From assembly GCF_963976325.1 (NCBI RefSeq), contig NZ_CAXBJW010000012.1, positions 4,630-68,629 of the forward strand: 64,000 bases of DNA, written 5' to 3'. How positions within the stretch are numbered: the stretch's first letter is position 1; every line of letters starts with the position of its first letter. Both the position numbers and the translations under genes were made by a program. Source of the stretch: an uncultured Pseudosulfitobacter sp. (GTDB taxonomy: Bacteria > Pseudomonadota > Alphaproteobacteria > Rhodobacterales > Rhodobacteraceae). Under the pieces are notes generated by a model that ran no database searches, was not told the origin of the DNA, and saw only the letters and a list, made by a program, of their open reading frames with translations. Shown piece by piece: positions 8,561 to 18,110 of the stretch.

Positions 8561-9631
8561 ATGACGAAATTCGTTCGAAATGCCTGGTACGTGGCCGCGT
8601 GGTCGACCGAGATCGACGACGACCTGCGCCGCTTTACCATCCTTGGTGACCACGTCGTCATGTACCGCAAATCCGACGGCGGCGTTGTCGCACTTGAGGA
8701 TCGCTGCCCGCACCGCCTGTTGCCGCTGTCCAAGGGCAAGCGCGTGGGCGACAACGTGCAATGCGGCTATCACGGGCTGACCTTCGACTGTTCGGGCGCC
8801 TGCGTGCGGGTGCCGGGCCAGACCAACCTGCCCAAATCCGCCTATGTCGAGGCGTTTCCCATCGAGGAACGCCACGGCATCGTCTGGATCTGGATGGGCG
8901 ACCCGGCCCGCGCCGACACGTCCAAAGTGTTCGACATGCCCGAATTCACCGACCCCGCCTGGAAGGTCCACCACGGCGACGCGCTGCATCTGAAATCGAA
9001 CTATCTGAACGTGGCCGAAAACCTGGTTGATCCGGCGCACGTCAGCTTTGTCCACCCCACCACGCTGGGCAACGCCGCATCCGAAAACGTCCCCGTACAC
9101 GTGCAGACCGAAGGCGAGGCGATCCTGGCCTGGCGCTGGATACGCGACGCGGAACCGATTGGGTTTTTCAAAGGGTTCGGCGGATTCACCGGCAACGTGG
9201 ACCGCTGGCATTACTACTACCTTTACACCCCCTGCACCGCCGTCATCGACTTTGGCTCGGCCCCCGCCGAGGACGCCATTGCCGAGGACGAACGCAACAA
9301 GGGCGTGCGCATCTTTGCCCTGCATTTCATCACACCGGTGACCGAAACCTATTCCATCGACCGCTGGATGCACATCCGCAACACCGCGCTTGACGATCCC
9401 GACGCAGAAGCGACCATGGACAAGATGTTCCGCGTGGCTTTTCAAGAGGACAAAGAGATCCTTGAAGCCGTGCAAGAGGAAGAAAACCGCCCCGCCAAAC
9501 GGCGTCCGATCCGCATCGCCATCGACAAGGGCCCGCTTGTCTACCGCAAGCGGATCAACGACCTGATCGAACTGGAACGGACCGAAGATCTCGCAAGCGA
9601 TCCGTCGCCTGCCTTTGTTTATCACGACTAA
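8561..9631 (+). CDS. Rieske [2Fe-2S] aromatic ring-hydroxylating/demethylating oxygenase, alpha subunit (VanA/phthalate-family type)
   Basis: 356 aa. Rieske motif CPHRLLPLSKGKRVGDNVQCGYHG. AAGGAGG RBS upstream. Confidence 0.9.
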   Translation: MTKFVRNAWYVAAWSTEIDDDLRRFTILGDHVVMYRKSDGGVVALEDRCPHRLLPLSKGKRVGDNVQCGYHGLTFDCSGACVRVPGQTNLPKSAYVEAFPIEERHGIVWIWMGDPARADTSKVFDMPEFTDPAWKVHHGDALHLKSNYLNVAENLVDPAHVSFVHPTTLGNAASENVPVHVQTEGEAILAWRWIRDAEPIGFFKGFGGFTGNVDRWHYYYLYTPCTAVIDFGSAPAEDAIAEDERNKGVRIFALHFITPVTETYSIDRWMHIRNTALDDPDAEATMDKMFRVAFQEDKEILEAVQEEENRPAKRRPIRIAIDKGPLVYRKRINDLIELERTEDLASDPSPAFVYHD

Positions 9632-9691
9632 CCGGCGTAAGACCGGATCACGACCCCCGCAGCACTGCTGCCACCAATAGGAGAGACCCCG

Positions 9692-10912
9692 ATGACCCTG
9701 ACGCGACGCACCCTGATCGCCGCTGCCACCGCCCTTGTGATGGCGCCCGGCTTTATGTCTGGGGCCGCACTGGCCCAAGACACCATCAAGATCGGCGAGA
9801 TCAACCATTACAAACGCATGGCCGCCTTTGCCGAGCCCTATAAGATGGGCATCGAACTGGCGCTGAAAGAGATCAACGACGCGGGCGGTGTGCTGGGCAA
9901 ACCGCTTGAATTCATCTACCGCGACGATCAGGGCGACCCCGCCGAAGCGGTCAAGATCGCAGAAGAGCTGATGACCCGCGACGGGGCCGTCATGCTGACC
10001 GGTTCGATCCTGTCGCACGTCGGTCTGGCGCTGTCGTCCTTTGCCGCCGAAAAGGGGTATCTCTACCTGGCCGCCGAACCGCTGGCCGACAGCCTTGTGT
10101 GGCAGTCAGGCAACCCCAACACCTTCCGGCTGCGCGCCTCGACGTGGATTCAGGCCGCGATGCTGGCCGAAGAGGCCGCCAAAACCGACGCGATCAAATA
10201 CGCCACCATCGCGCCCAACTATGCCTATGGTCAGGATGCCGTCGCAGCGTTCAAGGAAAACCTGAAACGGCTGAAGCCCGAGGTTGAATTCGTCGCCGAA
10301 CAATGGCCCGCCCTGTTCAAGATCGACGCCGGCGCCGAGGTGCAGGCGATCGAACGTGCCAAGCCCGACGCGATCTATAACGTGACCTTTGGCACCGACC
10401 TTGCCAAATTCGTGCGCGAAGGCGGCGACCGTGGCCTGTTCGATGGCCGCCCCGTCTATGGTCTGCTGTCCGGCGAGCCCGAATATCTGGAACCGCTGGG
10501 CGACGAGGCCCCCGAAGGCTGGTTCGTGACCGGCTATCCCTGGTACGCCTTTGACAACGGCACCCCGGAAAAAGCGTTCGTAGACGCCTATATCGCGGAA
10601 ACCGGTGAAACGCCCAAGATCGGCTCGTTGGTTGGCTATCTTGACGTGCTGTCCATCGCCGCCGCCATCGAAAAGGCCGGCGCCACCGACACCGCGTCGC
10701 TGATCGCCGCCTTTGAGGGTCTGGAAATCCCCGACACGCCCATCGGCACGCTCAGCTACCGCGAAATCGACAACCAGTCGAACATGGGCGCCTATGTCGG
10801 CACCCTCGCGTTGGAAGACGGCAAGGGCGTGATGGTCGACTGGACCTACAAATCGCCCGACGGCTACATGCCCTCCGACGAAGAAGTCACAGCGATGCGC
10901 CCGGCCGAATAA
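9692..10912 (+). CDS. ABC transporter substrate-binding protein (branched-chain amino acid/Liv-type family)
   Basis: 406 aa. Signal peptide MTLTRRTLIAAATALVMAPGFMSGAALAQ. Followed by Liv-type permease and ATPase genes. Confidence 0.85.
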   Translation: MTLTRRTLIAAATALVMAPGFMSGAALAQDTIKIGEINHYKRMAAFAEPYKMGIELALKEINDAGGVLGKPLEFIYRDDQGDPAEAVKIAEELMTRDGAVMLTGSILSHVGLALSSFAAEKGYLYLAAEPLADSLVWQSGNPNTFRLRASTWIQAAMLAEEAAKTDAIKYATIAPNYAYGQDAVAAFKENLKRLKPEVEFVAEQWPALFKIDAGAEVQAIERAKPDAIYNVTFGTDLAKFVREGGDRGLFDGRPVYGLLSGEPEYLEPLGDEAPEGWFVTGYPWYAFDNGTPEKAFVDAYIAETGETPKIGSLVGYLDVLSIAAAIEKAGATDTASLIAAFEGLEIPDTPIGTLSYREIDNQSNMGAYVGTLALEDGKGVMVDWTYKSPDGYMPSDEEVTAMRPAE

Positions 10913-10925
10913 GCCAGCCGCAACA

Positions 10926-10953
10926 GGCAGGTGGGCAAGAACGCCCGCCTGCC
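10926..10953 (+). other. intercistronic stem-loop after the substrate-binding gene
   Basis: GGCAGGTGGGC-aagaac-GCCCGCCTGCC. An 11-bp stem with one G-U pair and no U-tract. Confidence 0.4.
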
Positions 10954-11012
10954 ACGCCCCTTCCTGACATGACACACCGCTTGGCGGTGACCACCCAAGG
11001 ATTATCTTCCGC

Positions 11013-12872
11013 ATGGCCTTTTTCTTTGCACAGCTTCTGACCGGCCTCGCCAATGCCTCGTCTTTGTTCCTCGTGGCGTCGGGCCTGTCGCTGATCTTTG
11101 GCGTCACCCGCATCGTGAACTTTGCCCACGGGTCGTTCTATATGCTGGGGGCTTTTGTCGGCGTTACCCTGATGAACGTGCTGCCCGGCACGGTCGGCTT
11201 CTGGGGCGCGATCCTGATCACCGGCCTTGTGGTGGGGGCCATCGGCGCCTTTGTCGAAATGGTGGTGCTGCGCCCGATCTACCGCGCGCCGGAGCTGTTC
11301 CAACTGGTCGCCACCTTTGGCGTGATCCTTGTCATTCAGGACCTTGCCCTGATGATCTGGGGCGCCGAGGACCGCATGGGCCCCCGCGCCCCCGGCCTGC
11401 GCGGCGTCTGGCGCATCTTTGGCGAACCGGTGCCCAAATACGATCTGGTGATCATTGCCATCACCCCGTTCATCCTGTTCGCCCTGTGGTATCTGATCAC
11501 CAAGACACGGGTCGGCGTGCTGGTCCGCGCCGCGACCCAGGACCGCGAGATGGTCGGCGCGCTTGGCGTCAATCAGGCGTGGCTGTTCACCGGCGTCTTT
11601 GCCCTTGGCTCGGCGCTGGCCGGCTGGGGCGGTGCGTTGCAACTGCCCAAGGGCGGGGCGGACCTGTTGATGGACTTTAACATCATCGGCGCGGTCTTTG
11701 TCGTGGTGGTCATCGGCGGCATGGGGTCACTGCCCGGCGCGTTTATCGCCGCTGTGCTGATCTCGGTGCTGAACGTCTTTGGCGTCACCTACCTGCCGCA
11801 ATCCACGCTGGTGCTGATGTTTGTCGTCATGGCCGTTGTGCTGATCATCCGCCCCTACGGCCTGCTGGGCCGCGAGGAAGTCGCGGGCGAACACGGACAG
11901 GTCGGCGCGCCCGAAACCCCGATCCGTCCCTATGGCACCACAGGTCAGATGCTGGTCGCCGCCTTGCTTCTGGCACTGGCCGCCCTGCCCCTGTTTGCCG
12001 ACCGCTTCATGCTGATCCTGCTGATCGACATGGTGGTCTTTGCCCTGTTTGCCGCATCGCTGCACTTTATCCTGGGCTCTGGCGGGCTGGTCAGCTTTGG
12101 CCACGCGGCGTTCTTTGGCGGCGGGGCCTATGCCGCGGCGCTGCTGGTCTTTCACCTTGATACGCCCATGGAGGTCGCATTCCTGTTTGCCCCCCTTGCG
12201 GCCGGTCTGCTGGCGCTGGGGATCGGCTGGTTCTGTATCCGCCTCAGCGGGGTCTATTTTGCCATGCTCACGCTGGCGTTTTCGCAACTGGTCTGGTCGA
12301 TGGCCTATCAATGGCGCGACCTGACGCGGGGCGATGACGGGCTGGTCAACATCTGGCCCTCGGCATGGCTCAGCGACACCATCCCGTTCTATTACTTCAC
12401 GCTGGCCTTTGGCGTCGGCGGCATCCTTGTGCTGCGCCACATCATCCATTCGCCATTCGGCTACGCCCTGCGCGCCGGCCGCGACAGCCCGCGTCAGGCC
12501 GAGGCGATGGGGATCAACGTCAAACGCGTGCAGCATGTGGCCTTTGGCCTTGCCGGTGTGATGGCGGGTCTGGCGGGCGGTATCTTTGTCTTTTCCAAAG
12601 GGTCGGTGTTCCCCACCGAACTGGAAATCGCCGCCTCGTTCGACGCGCTGATCGTCGTGTTCCTGGGCGGTGTCAAAACTCTTGCCGGTGGCGTCGTCGG
12701 CGCGGGCTTTATGACCGTCGTCGAAGACTGGCTGACCCGCCTTGAATACTGGCGGCTGGTGCTGGGTCTGGTGATCATCGCCGTGGTCATCATCGCGCCC
12801 GAAGGCATCGTCGGCACCCTGCGCAGCACGTGGGCCAAATTCCGCGGCACCAACGAAGAGGCCGTCAAATGA
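11013..12872 (+). CDS. branched-chain amino acid-type ABC permease, fused LivH-like + LivM-like domains
   Basis: 619 aa, highly hydrophobic. The N-terminal half is LivH-like (VNFAHGSFYMLGAF). The C-terminal half is LivM-like (SFGHAAFFGGGAY). Confidence 0.85.
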   Translation: MAFFFAQLLTGLANASSLFLVASGLSLIFGVTRIVNFAHGSFYMLGAFVGVTLMNVLPGTVGFWGAILITGLVVGAIGAFVEMVVLRPIYRAPELFQLVATFGVILVIQDLALMIWGAEDRMGPRAPGLRGVWRIFGEPVPKYDLVIIAITPFILFALWYLITKTRVGVLVRAATQDREMVGALGVNQAWLFTGVFALGSALAGWGGALQLPKGGADLLMDFNIIGAVFVVVVIGGMGSLPGAFIAAVLISVLNVFGVTYLPQSTLVLMFVVMAVVLIIRPYGLLGREEVAGEHGQVGAPETPIRPYGTTGQMLVAALLLALAALPLFADRFMLILLIDMVVFALFAASLHFILGSGGLVSFGHAAFFGGGAYAAALLVFHLDTPMEVAFLFAPLAAGLLALGIGWFCIRLSGVYFAMLTLAFSQLVWSMAYQWRDLTRGDDGLVNIWPSAWLSDTIPFYYFTLAFGVGGILVLRHIIHSPFGYALRAGRDSPRQAEAMGINVKRVQHVAFGLAGVMAGLAGGIFVFSKGSVFPTELEIAASFDALIVVFLGGVKTLAGGVVGAGFMTVVEDWLTRLEYWRLVLGLVIIAVVIIAPEGIVGTLRSTWAKFRGTNEEAVK

Positions 12873-13639
12873 CCGAAATCCTGCGCGTCGAGAACCTGAA
12901 GAAAAGCTATGACGGATTTCTAGCCGTCAACGGCGTGTCCTTTGCCGTGCAACAGGGCGAGCTGAAGGCGCTGATCGGCCCCAACGGGGCGGGCAAATCC
13001 ACCTGTTTCAACATGCTGATGGGGCAGTTGAAACCCACCGGCGGCCAAGTGTTTCTGGACGGCGAAAACGTCACCGGCCAGCGCCCCCGCGACATCTGGC
13101 GCAAGGGGGTTGGCCGCACGTTCCAGATCACCGGCACCTACCAGTCGATGAGCGTGATCGAGAACGTGCAGATGGCGCTGATCAGCCACCACCGCAAACT
13201 GTTCTCGATGCTGCCCCGCGCGTGGAAACTGTACCGCGACGAAGCGTTCGAGTTTCTGGAAACCGTGTCGATGGCCGATCAGGCCGACCGGCCCTGTTCG
13301 GTTCTGGCGTATGGCGATCTGAAACGGCTGGAACTGGCGATTGCGCTGACCCACCGTCCGCGTCTGCTGCTGATGGATGAACCCACCGCCGGCATGGCCC
13401 CTTCGGCGCGGATCGCGCTGATGCAACTGGTCGCGGATATTGTACAGGATCAGGGCGTTTCAGTCCTTTTTACCGAACACGACATGGATGTCGTCTTTGC
13501 CCATGCGCATCACATCATGGTGCTGAACCGGGGCGAGCTGATCGCAGATGGCAGCGCCGCAGAGGTGCGTGAAAACCCGCAAGTCCAAGAGGTGTACCTG
13601 GGCGGTGGCACGTTGTTCAAGGAGGCACAGGATGCTTAA
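12869..13639 (+). CDS. ABC transporter ATP-binding protein (LivG-like)
   Basis: Start at MTEILRVENL (ATG 12869, ATGA overlap with the permease stop). Walker A GPNGAGKST. LLLMDEPTAGM. Confidence 0.9.
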   Translation: MTEILRVENLKKSYDGFLAVNGVSFAVQQGELKALIGPNGAGKSTCFNMLMGQLKPTGGQVFLDGENVTGQRPRDIWRKGVGRTFQITGTYQSMSVIENVQMALISHHRKLFSMLPRAWKLYRDEAFEFLETVSMADQADRPCSVLAYGDLKRLELAIALTHRPRLLLMDEPTAGMAPSARIALMQLVADIVQDQGVSVLFTEHDMDVVFAHAHHIMVLNRGELIADGSAAEVRENPQVQEVYLGGGTLFKEAQDA

Positions 13640-14333
13640 TATCGAAGGCATTCACAGCTATTACGACAAGGCCCACATCCTGAACGGGTTGTCCTTTCAG
13701 ATCGGGCGGGGCGAGGTCGTGGCGTTGCTGGGCCGCAATGGTGCGGGCAAATCCACAACGATGAAATCGGTCATGCAACTGGTGCGCCCCCGCACCGGCC
13801 GCGTGATGTTTCAGAACACCGATCTGGTCGGCGCCCCCGCTTTTCGCGTCGCCAAATCCGGCATCGGATACGTCCCCGAAGACCGCCGCATTTTCACCGA
13901 CCTGACCGTGATGGAAAACCTTGAAGTCGGCCGCCAGCCGCCGCGCGACGGTGCGCCGACATGGACGGTCGAACAGCTTTTCGACATCTTCCCGAACCTG
14001 GCCGAACGCCGCAGCAACCGCGGCAAACATATGTCGGGCGGCGAACAGCAGATGCTGACCATCGCGCGCACGCTTATGGGCAACCCGTTGCTTTTGCTGC
14101 TGGACGAGCCGTCCGAAGGCATCGCGCCGGTGATCGTCGAAGAGATGGCCAACACCATCCTCAAGCTCAAGGCCCAAGGGCTGACAGTGGTGATTTCCGA
14201 GCAAAACCTGCACTTTGCCCGCGCCGTGGCCGACCGTGCCATCATCATCGAAAGCGGCGAAAAGAAGTTCGACGGCAGCTTTGCCGAGCTGGAGGCCCAC
14301 CCCGAAATCCGCGATGCCTATCTGTCGGTCTGA
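13632..14333 (+). CDS. ABC transporter ATP-binding protein (LivF-like)
   Basis: Start at MLNIEGIHSYY (ATG 13632). Walker A GRNGAGKST. Signature MSGGEQQML. Confidence 0.9.
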   Translation: MLNIEGIHSYYDKAHILNGLSFQIGRGEVVALLGRNGAGKSTTMKSVMQLVRPRTGRVMFQNTDLVGAPAFRVAKSGIGYVPEDRRIFTDLTVMENLEVGRQPPRDGAPTWTVEQLFDIFPNLAERRSNRGKHMSGGEQQMLTIARTLMGNPLLLLLDEPSEGIAPVIVEEMANTILKLKAQGLTVVISEQNLHFARAVADRAIIIESGEKKFDGSFAELEAHPEIRDAYLSV

Positions 14334-14402
14334 TCCCGTCGCTGTATTGCCACCGCGCGCGGCACGCTTTAGGTCCGGTGACAGCAACCCAAGGAGAGCC
14401 CG

Positions 14403-14849
14403 TTGAGCGAGATCACACAGCCGCGCACCAGCGACGAGCATGGGTATGTGCTGGACGCGCAAATCGGCTTTTTGCTGCGCAAAGCCTATCAGCGCAATTC
14501 GACGATCTTTCTGGAACAAGTGCCGGGCAAACTGACCACGACCCAGTTTTCAATCATGCACCGGCTGGCCGAGGACGGGCCGATGTCGCAAAACCTGCTG
14601 GGCCGTTCCGTTGCCATGGACGGTGCTACGACCAAGGGCGTGGTGGACCGCCTGATTGCACGCGATCTGCTGGCCACCCGCCGTGACCCCGCCGACCGCC
14701 GCCGCCATCTTGTTTCGCTGACGCCCCGTGGGGTCAAGCTGATCGACGAGGCCGTCGATGCCGCGATCCGTGTGACCGAAGAAACCCTTGCCCCCCTGCG
14801 CGAGCGCGAGAAAGAAACGCTGCTGCGGTTGCTGGCCAAGATCATCTAG
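14403..14849 (+). CDS. MarR family transcriptional regulator
   Basis: 148 aa with a TTG start. TTTQFSIMHRLAEDGPMSQNLLGRSVAMDGATTKGVVDRLIARDLL is a typical MarR winged HTH. Confidence 0.85.
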   Translation: MSEITQPRTSDEHGYVLDAQIGFLLRKAYQRNSTIFLEQVPGKLTTTQFSIMHRLAEDGPMSQNLLGRSVAMDGATTKGVVDRLIARDLLATRRDPADRRRHLVSLTPRGVKLIDEAVDAAIRVTEETLAPLREREKETLLRLLAKII

Positions 14850-14919
14850 CTGCGGGCCTGCCGCGTTCGCGTGAAGCGACAGGCCCGGACCAAAGGCCCG
14901 GACCACAGACTGACTGTGC

Positions 14920-15744
14920 CTAGCGGGCAATGCCAAGCGATTGCAGATAGGCCACCGATGGCAAAATGCCGTCCTTGTCCCGCAATTCCAGTATCAGGCG
15001 CGGGTTGCTGCCCAATTCGCCAAGTGCGCGGAACACGGCCTCCCACCGGATCGTGCCCTGCCCGATGGCCCAGTGCCGGTCGGCGTAACCGTCCGCGTCT
15101 TGCAGATGGATGTGCTGCAACCGGTCACCGGCACGGCGCACATAGTAATCGACCGGCGCCGCGCCATTGGTGCCATGTGCGTAATGGGCGTGGCCGGTGT
15201 CGATCGACACGGCCATGGCGGGCGAATTGAAGCTGTCGGCCAGCGCGCAGCGGATGTCGGGGTCGATGTCCTCGATGTTTTCGATCACCATGGTCACACC
15301 GCAATCTTCGGCGCGTTTCACGACCGCGTCCATCGTGTCATGGCAGTTTTCCAGCAGCCGGTCGTATTCCTTGCGGTCGGGCGCGTTGTCCAGGTTGTTG
15401 AAGCTCCACGTGGTGTAGGGGCTGTGAATGACCATCTGGGTGGCCCCCAGATATTCGCAAACCTCGATGCCCTGCAAATGCTTGCGCTTGTTCAGCGCGC
15501 GCATTTCGGTGTCGGGGCTGGCGATGTTCAGGCCCCAGAACGGCCCGTGAATGCCCAGCCGTCCGGTGTATCCGGTCAACAGGTTACGGGTGTGGTCGGC
15601 CACTGTTTTCCAGTCGCCATTCAGCAGGTCGCCGTCGCAGAAATCCTGAATTTCCAGATCGCGGTTTTCGGACAGGATGAAATCCTGAAGCGTTTCAAGC
15701 GTGGCCGTCGGCATAGCAGCGCCCAGCAGCGGAAGATCGGTCAT
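14920..15744 (-). CDS. sugar phosphate isomerase/epimerase (xylose isomerase-like TIM barrel) family protein
   Basis: ORF 14920..15795. Start placed at MTDLPLLG. Contains VIENIEDID...SIDTGHAHYA...HIHLQD, typical of AP-endonuclease-2/xylose-isomerase-like TIM barrels. Confidence 0.7.
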   Translation of the reverse strand: MTDLPLLGAAMPTATLETLQDFILSENRDLEIQDFCDGDLLNGDWKTVADHTRNLLTGYTGRLGIHGPFWGLNIASPDTEMRALNKRKHLQGIEVCEYLGATQMVIHSPYTTWSFNNLDNAPDRKEYDRLLENCHDTMDAVVKRAEDCGVTMVIENIEDIDPDIRCALADSFNSPAMAVSIDTGHAHYAHGTNGAAPVDYYVRRAGDRLQHIHLQDADGYADRHWAIGQGTIRWEAVFRALGELGSNPRLILELRDKDGILPSVAYLQSLGIAR

Positions 15745-15802
15745 GGTGTGGTCCTTGCGTGTTAAGTGAAGGGAAAGCTCAGAGGGTGACGGCAACGCGG
15801 CG

Positions 15803-16462
15803 TTAGGTCAGACGGGCCAGCAAAGCGCCAAGCTGTTCGGCACCATGCACCACATGGTCGGCCCCGGCCGCGCGCAGCGTGTCGGCATGGTTCGGGCGAT
15901 GATCGGTCGGCCCGACAAAACCGATGGCCAGAACACCGGCGGTGCGGGCGCAGCGGATGCCGTGAATGTTGTCATCTATGAACACCGCGCGATCTGCGGC
16001 AGTGTTCATCTGCGCCAGACAGTGCAGTGCCAGATCCGGCGCCGGCTTGCTGTGCTGCACGTGTTCAGCGCTATAGATATGCGGGCCGAAAAAGGCAGCC
16101 AGCGGGGTGCGGCCAAGGCTTGCGCGCAAACGGTCGACGCCGCTGTTGGACGCGACACAAACCGGCACATCCAGCGCGGCCAGAAGGCGGTGCATCCCGG
16201 GCACGGGCGGAACGCCTTGGGCGAACAAGGCCTCAAGCCGGGCGCCCGCGTCGGTCAGGACGTGCGTTGCATCCAGCCCCAGCCCGGCGATCAATGCGTG
16301 GGTTTCATCCCGTCCTGCGCCGGAAAACGTCCGCTCGGCGGTTTGCGTCGTCATCGGCACGCCCGCATCGGAAATGGCGCCGGCCAAGGCAGTGGCCCCC
16401 ATCGCTTCGCTGTCAATCAGCACACCGTCACAGTCGAAAATGACCAGCTCTATGGCAGTCAT
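15803..16462 (-). CDS. HAD-superfamily hydrolase (phosphatase)
   Basis: 219 aa. Motif I is VIFDCDGVLIDSE. ATGA overlap with the upstream gene. Confidence 0.85.
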   Translation of the reverse strand: MTAIELVIFDCDGVLIDSEAMGATALAGAISDAGVPMTTQTAERTFSGAGRDETHALIAGLGLDATHVLTDAGARLEALFAQGVPPVPGMHRLLAALDVPVCVASNSGVDRLRASLGRTPLAAFFGPHIYSAEHVQHSKPAPDLALHCLAQMNTAADRAVFIDDNIHGIRCARTAGVLAIGFVGPTDHRPNHADTLRAAGADHVVHGAEQLGALLARLT

Positions 16463-17217
16463 ATCGCCATCTCCTGCGCCATGATCCTGTGCGCCAGTCG
16501 CGGGTCATCGGTGGTTAGAAAACCGACACCGCGGCCCAACCAACGTGCAATCAGGTCGGGGTCGTTCAACGTCCAGACGCCCATCTGCTCCAACGGAAAC
16601 AAGTTGGTGATCAGGTCGAATTCAGCCTCGAACAGTTCATGATGCACGGCCACCAAACCGGCAAGATCACCCAAGCCCCCAAAGAACGCCCGGACGCCAC
16701 CCTGCCGGTCGACCCAATCGCGGTTGACCGAAACCTTGCGCGCGCATTCCGGTGCCGTGTCGCGGATCATGCGCAGCACGCCGGTGTCGAAACTGTGCAG
16801 AACCGTGCGTGATACCACATCATAGGCGCGCAGTGTCTGAACCGTGGCGGCGATCAGCGCGGGGTCGTAGACCCCGTTCTCGTCTGCCTTGATCTCCGGG
16901 AACAGCCGCAGGCCCGGCACGGGGGCAAGGATGTCCAGCACTTCGGTCAGGGTCGGCACGCCTTCGGCAATCTCGCCGTCGGGGCCGATCAGGCGCAGGT
17001 TGTGGCGGGTGTCGTCGGTCAGCGCGCGCACCGGCCCTGTGCCGGTTGTCGTGCGGTCCAGCGTGGCGTCATGGATCACCAGAACCTCGCCGCTTGCGCC
17101 CAGATGCAGGTCGAATTCCACCGCCCCCACGCCCAGTTCCACCACATTGCGGAACCCCGAAAGAGAATTTTCCGCCCACAGATTGCGTGCGCCGCGATGG
17201 GCGATAATTTGGGTCAC
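16459..17217 (-). CDS. glycerophosphodiester phosphodiesterase family protein
   Basis: 252 aa with a GTG start. IIAHRGARNLWAENSLSGF...VEFDLHL is the GDPD signature (HRG...EN...E.D). Confidence 0.85.
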   Translation of the reverse strand: MTQIIAHRGARNLWAENSLSGFRNVVELGVGAVEFDLHLGASGEVLVIHDATLDRTTTGTGPVRALTDDTRHNLRLIGPDGEIAEGVPTLTEVLDILAPVPGLRLFPEIKADENGVYDPALIAATVQTLRAYDVVSRTVLHSFDTGVLRMIRDTAPECARKVSVNRDWVDRQGGVRAFFGGLGDLAGLVAVHHELFEAEFDLITNLFPLEQMGVWTLNDPDLIARWLGRGVGFLTTDDPRLAHRIMAQEMAI

Positions 17218-17232
17218 GTCAGGTGTCCTTTG

Positions 17233-18099
17233 TCAGCGAATGGTCGGGTCAAGCTTGTCGCGCAGCCAGTCCCCGACCAAAGAGATCGACAGCGTCGTCA
17301 TCATGATCACAAAGGCAGGCCCCAGCATGATCCACGGCGCGCGGGTCAGATATTCGCGGCCAAAGCCGACCATATTGCCCAGCGAGCTTTCGGGGGGCTG
17401 CACGCCCAGGCCCAGGAACGACAGGCCGCTTTCCATCAGGATGATCTCGGGGAAGGTCAGGGTCATCGACACGATCAGGGTGGAGGCGACGTTGGGCAGG
17501 ATGTGCCGCAGGTACACCCGCGACGGGTTCGCGCCCAGTTGCACCACCGCCGACGCATAGCCCTGTGCGCCCGCCGAAATCGCCAGCCCGCGCGAGATGC
17601 GGGCGTACCGTTCCCAGCCATAGAACCCCATCAGCCCCACCAGCAGCGTCATCGACGACCCGAAGAACGCCAGCACCGCCAGCGACAGGATCAGGAACGG
17701 CAGCGCCGCCTGAAAATCCGCCAGCACAAGGATCAGGTGTTCGACCGTGCCGCGAAACTGCGCCGCGAGAAAGCCCAGCGTGGTGCCGAAAAACGCCGAC
17801 AGCAACGTCGCGCCAAAGGCGATCACCAGCGACACGCGAATGGACTGGATCAGCCGCGACAGCACATCGCGGCCCAGCTCGTCCGTGCCCAGCAAATGGC
17901 CGGGGCTCAGCGGGCCGACCAGACGCGCCGACAGGTCCATCTGCGTCACGTCATAGGGGCGGATGACATCGGCAAAGACGGCCGTAAACACCATCAGCCC
18001 CAGCCAACCCAGCCCGAAGGCCACCAGCAGCGGCACCCTGAACCGCAAGCGCCGGACCAGCGTCGGGGCCGCGGTTATGTTTGTTGCCTGAGCGGTCAT
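17233..18099 (-). CDS. ABC transporter permease (DppC/OppC-like)
   Basis: ORF 17233..18219. Start placed at MTAQATNI (complement 18097-18099). Hydrophobic, with a typical peptide/nickel-type permease C-terminus. Confidence 0.85.
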   Translation of the reverse strand: MTAQATNITAAPTLVRRLRFRVPLLVAFGLGWLGLMVFTAVFADVIRPYDVTQMDLSARLVGPLSPGHLLGTDELGRDVLSRLIQSIRVSLVIAFGATLLSAFFGTTLGFLAAQFRGTVEHLILVLADFQAALPFLILSLAVLAFFGSSMTLLVGLMGFYGWERYARISRGLAISAGAQGYASAVVQLGANPSRVYLRHILPNVASTLIVSMTLTFPEIILMESGLSFLGLGVQPPESSLGNMVGFGREYLTRAPWIMLGPAFVIMMTTLSISLVGDWLRDKLDPTIR

Positions 18100-18110
18100 A
18101 TCACTGTCCT

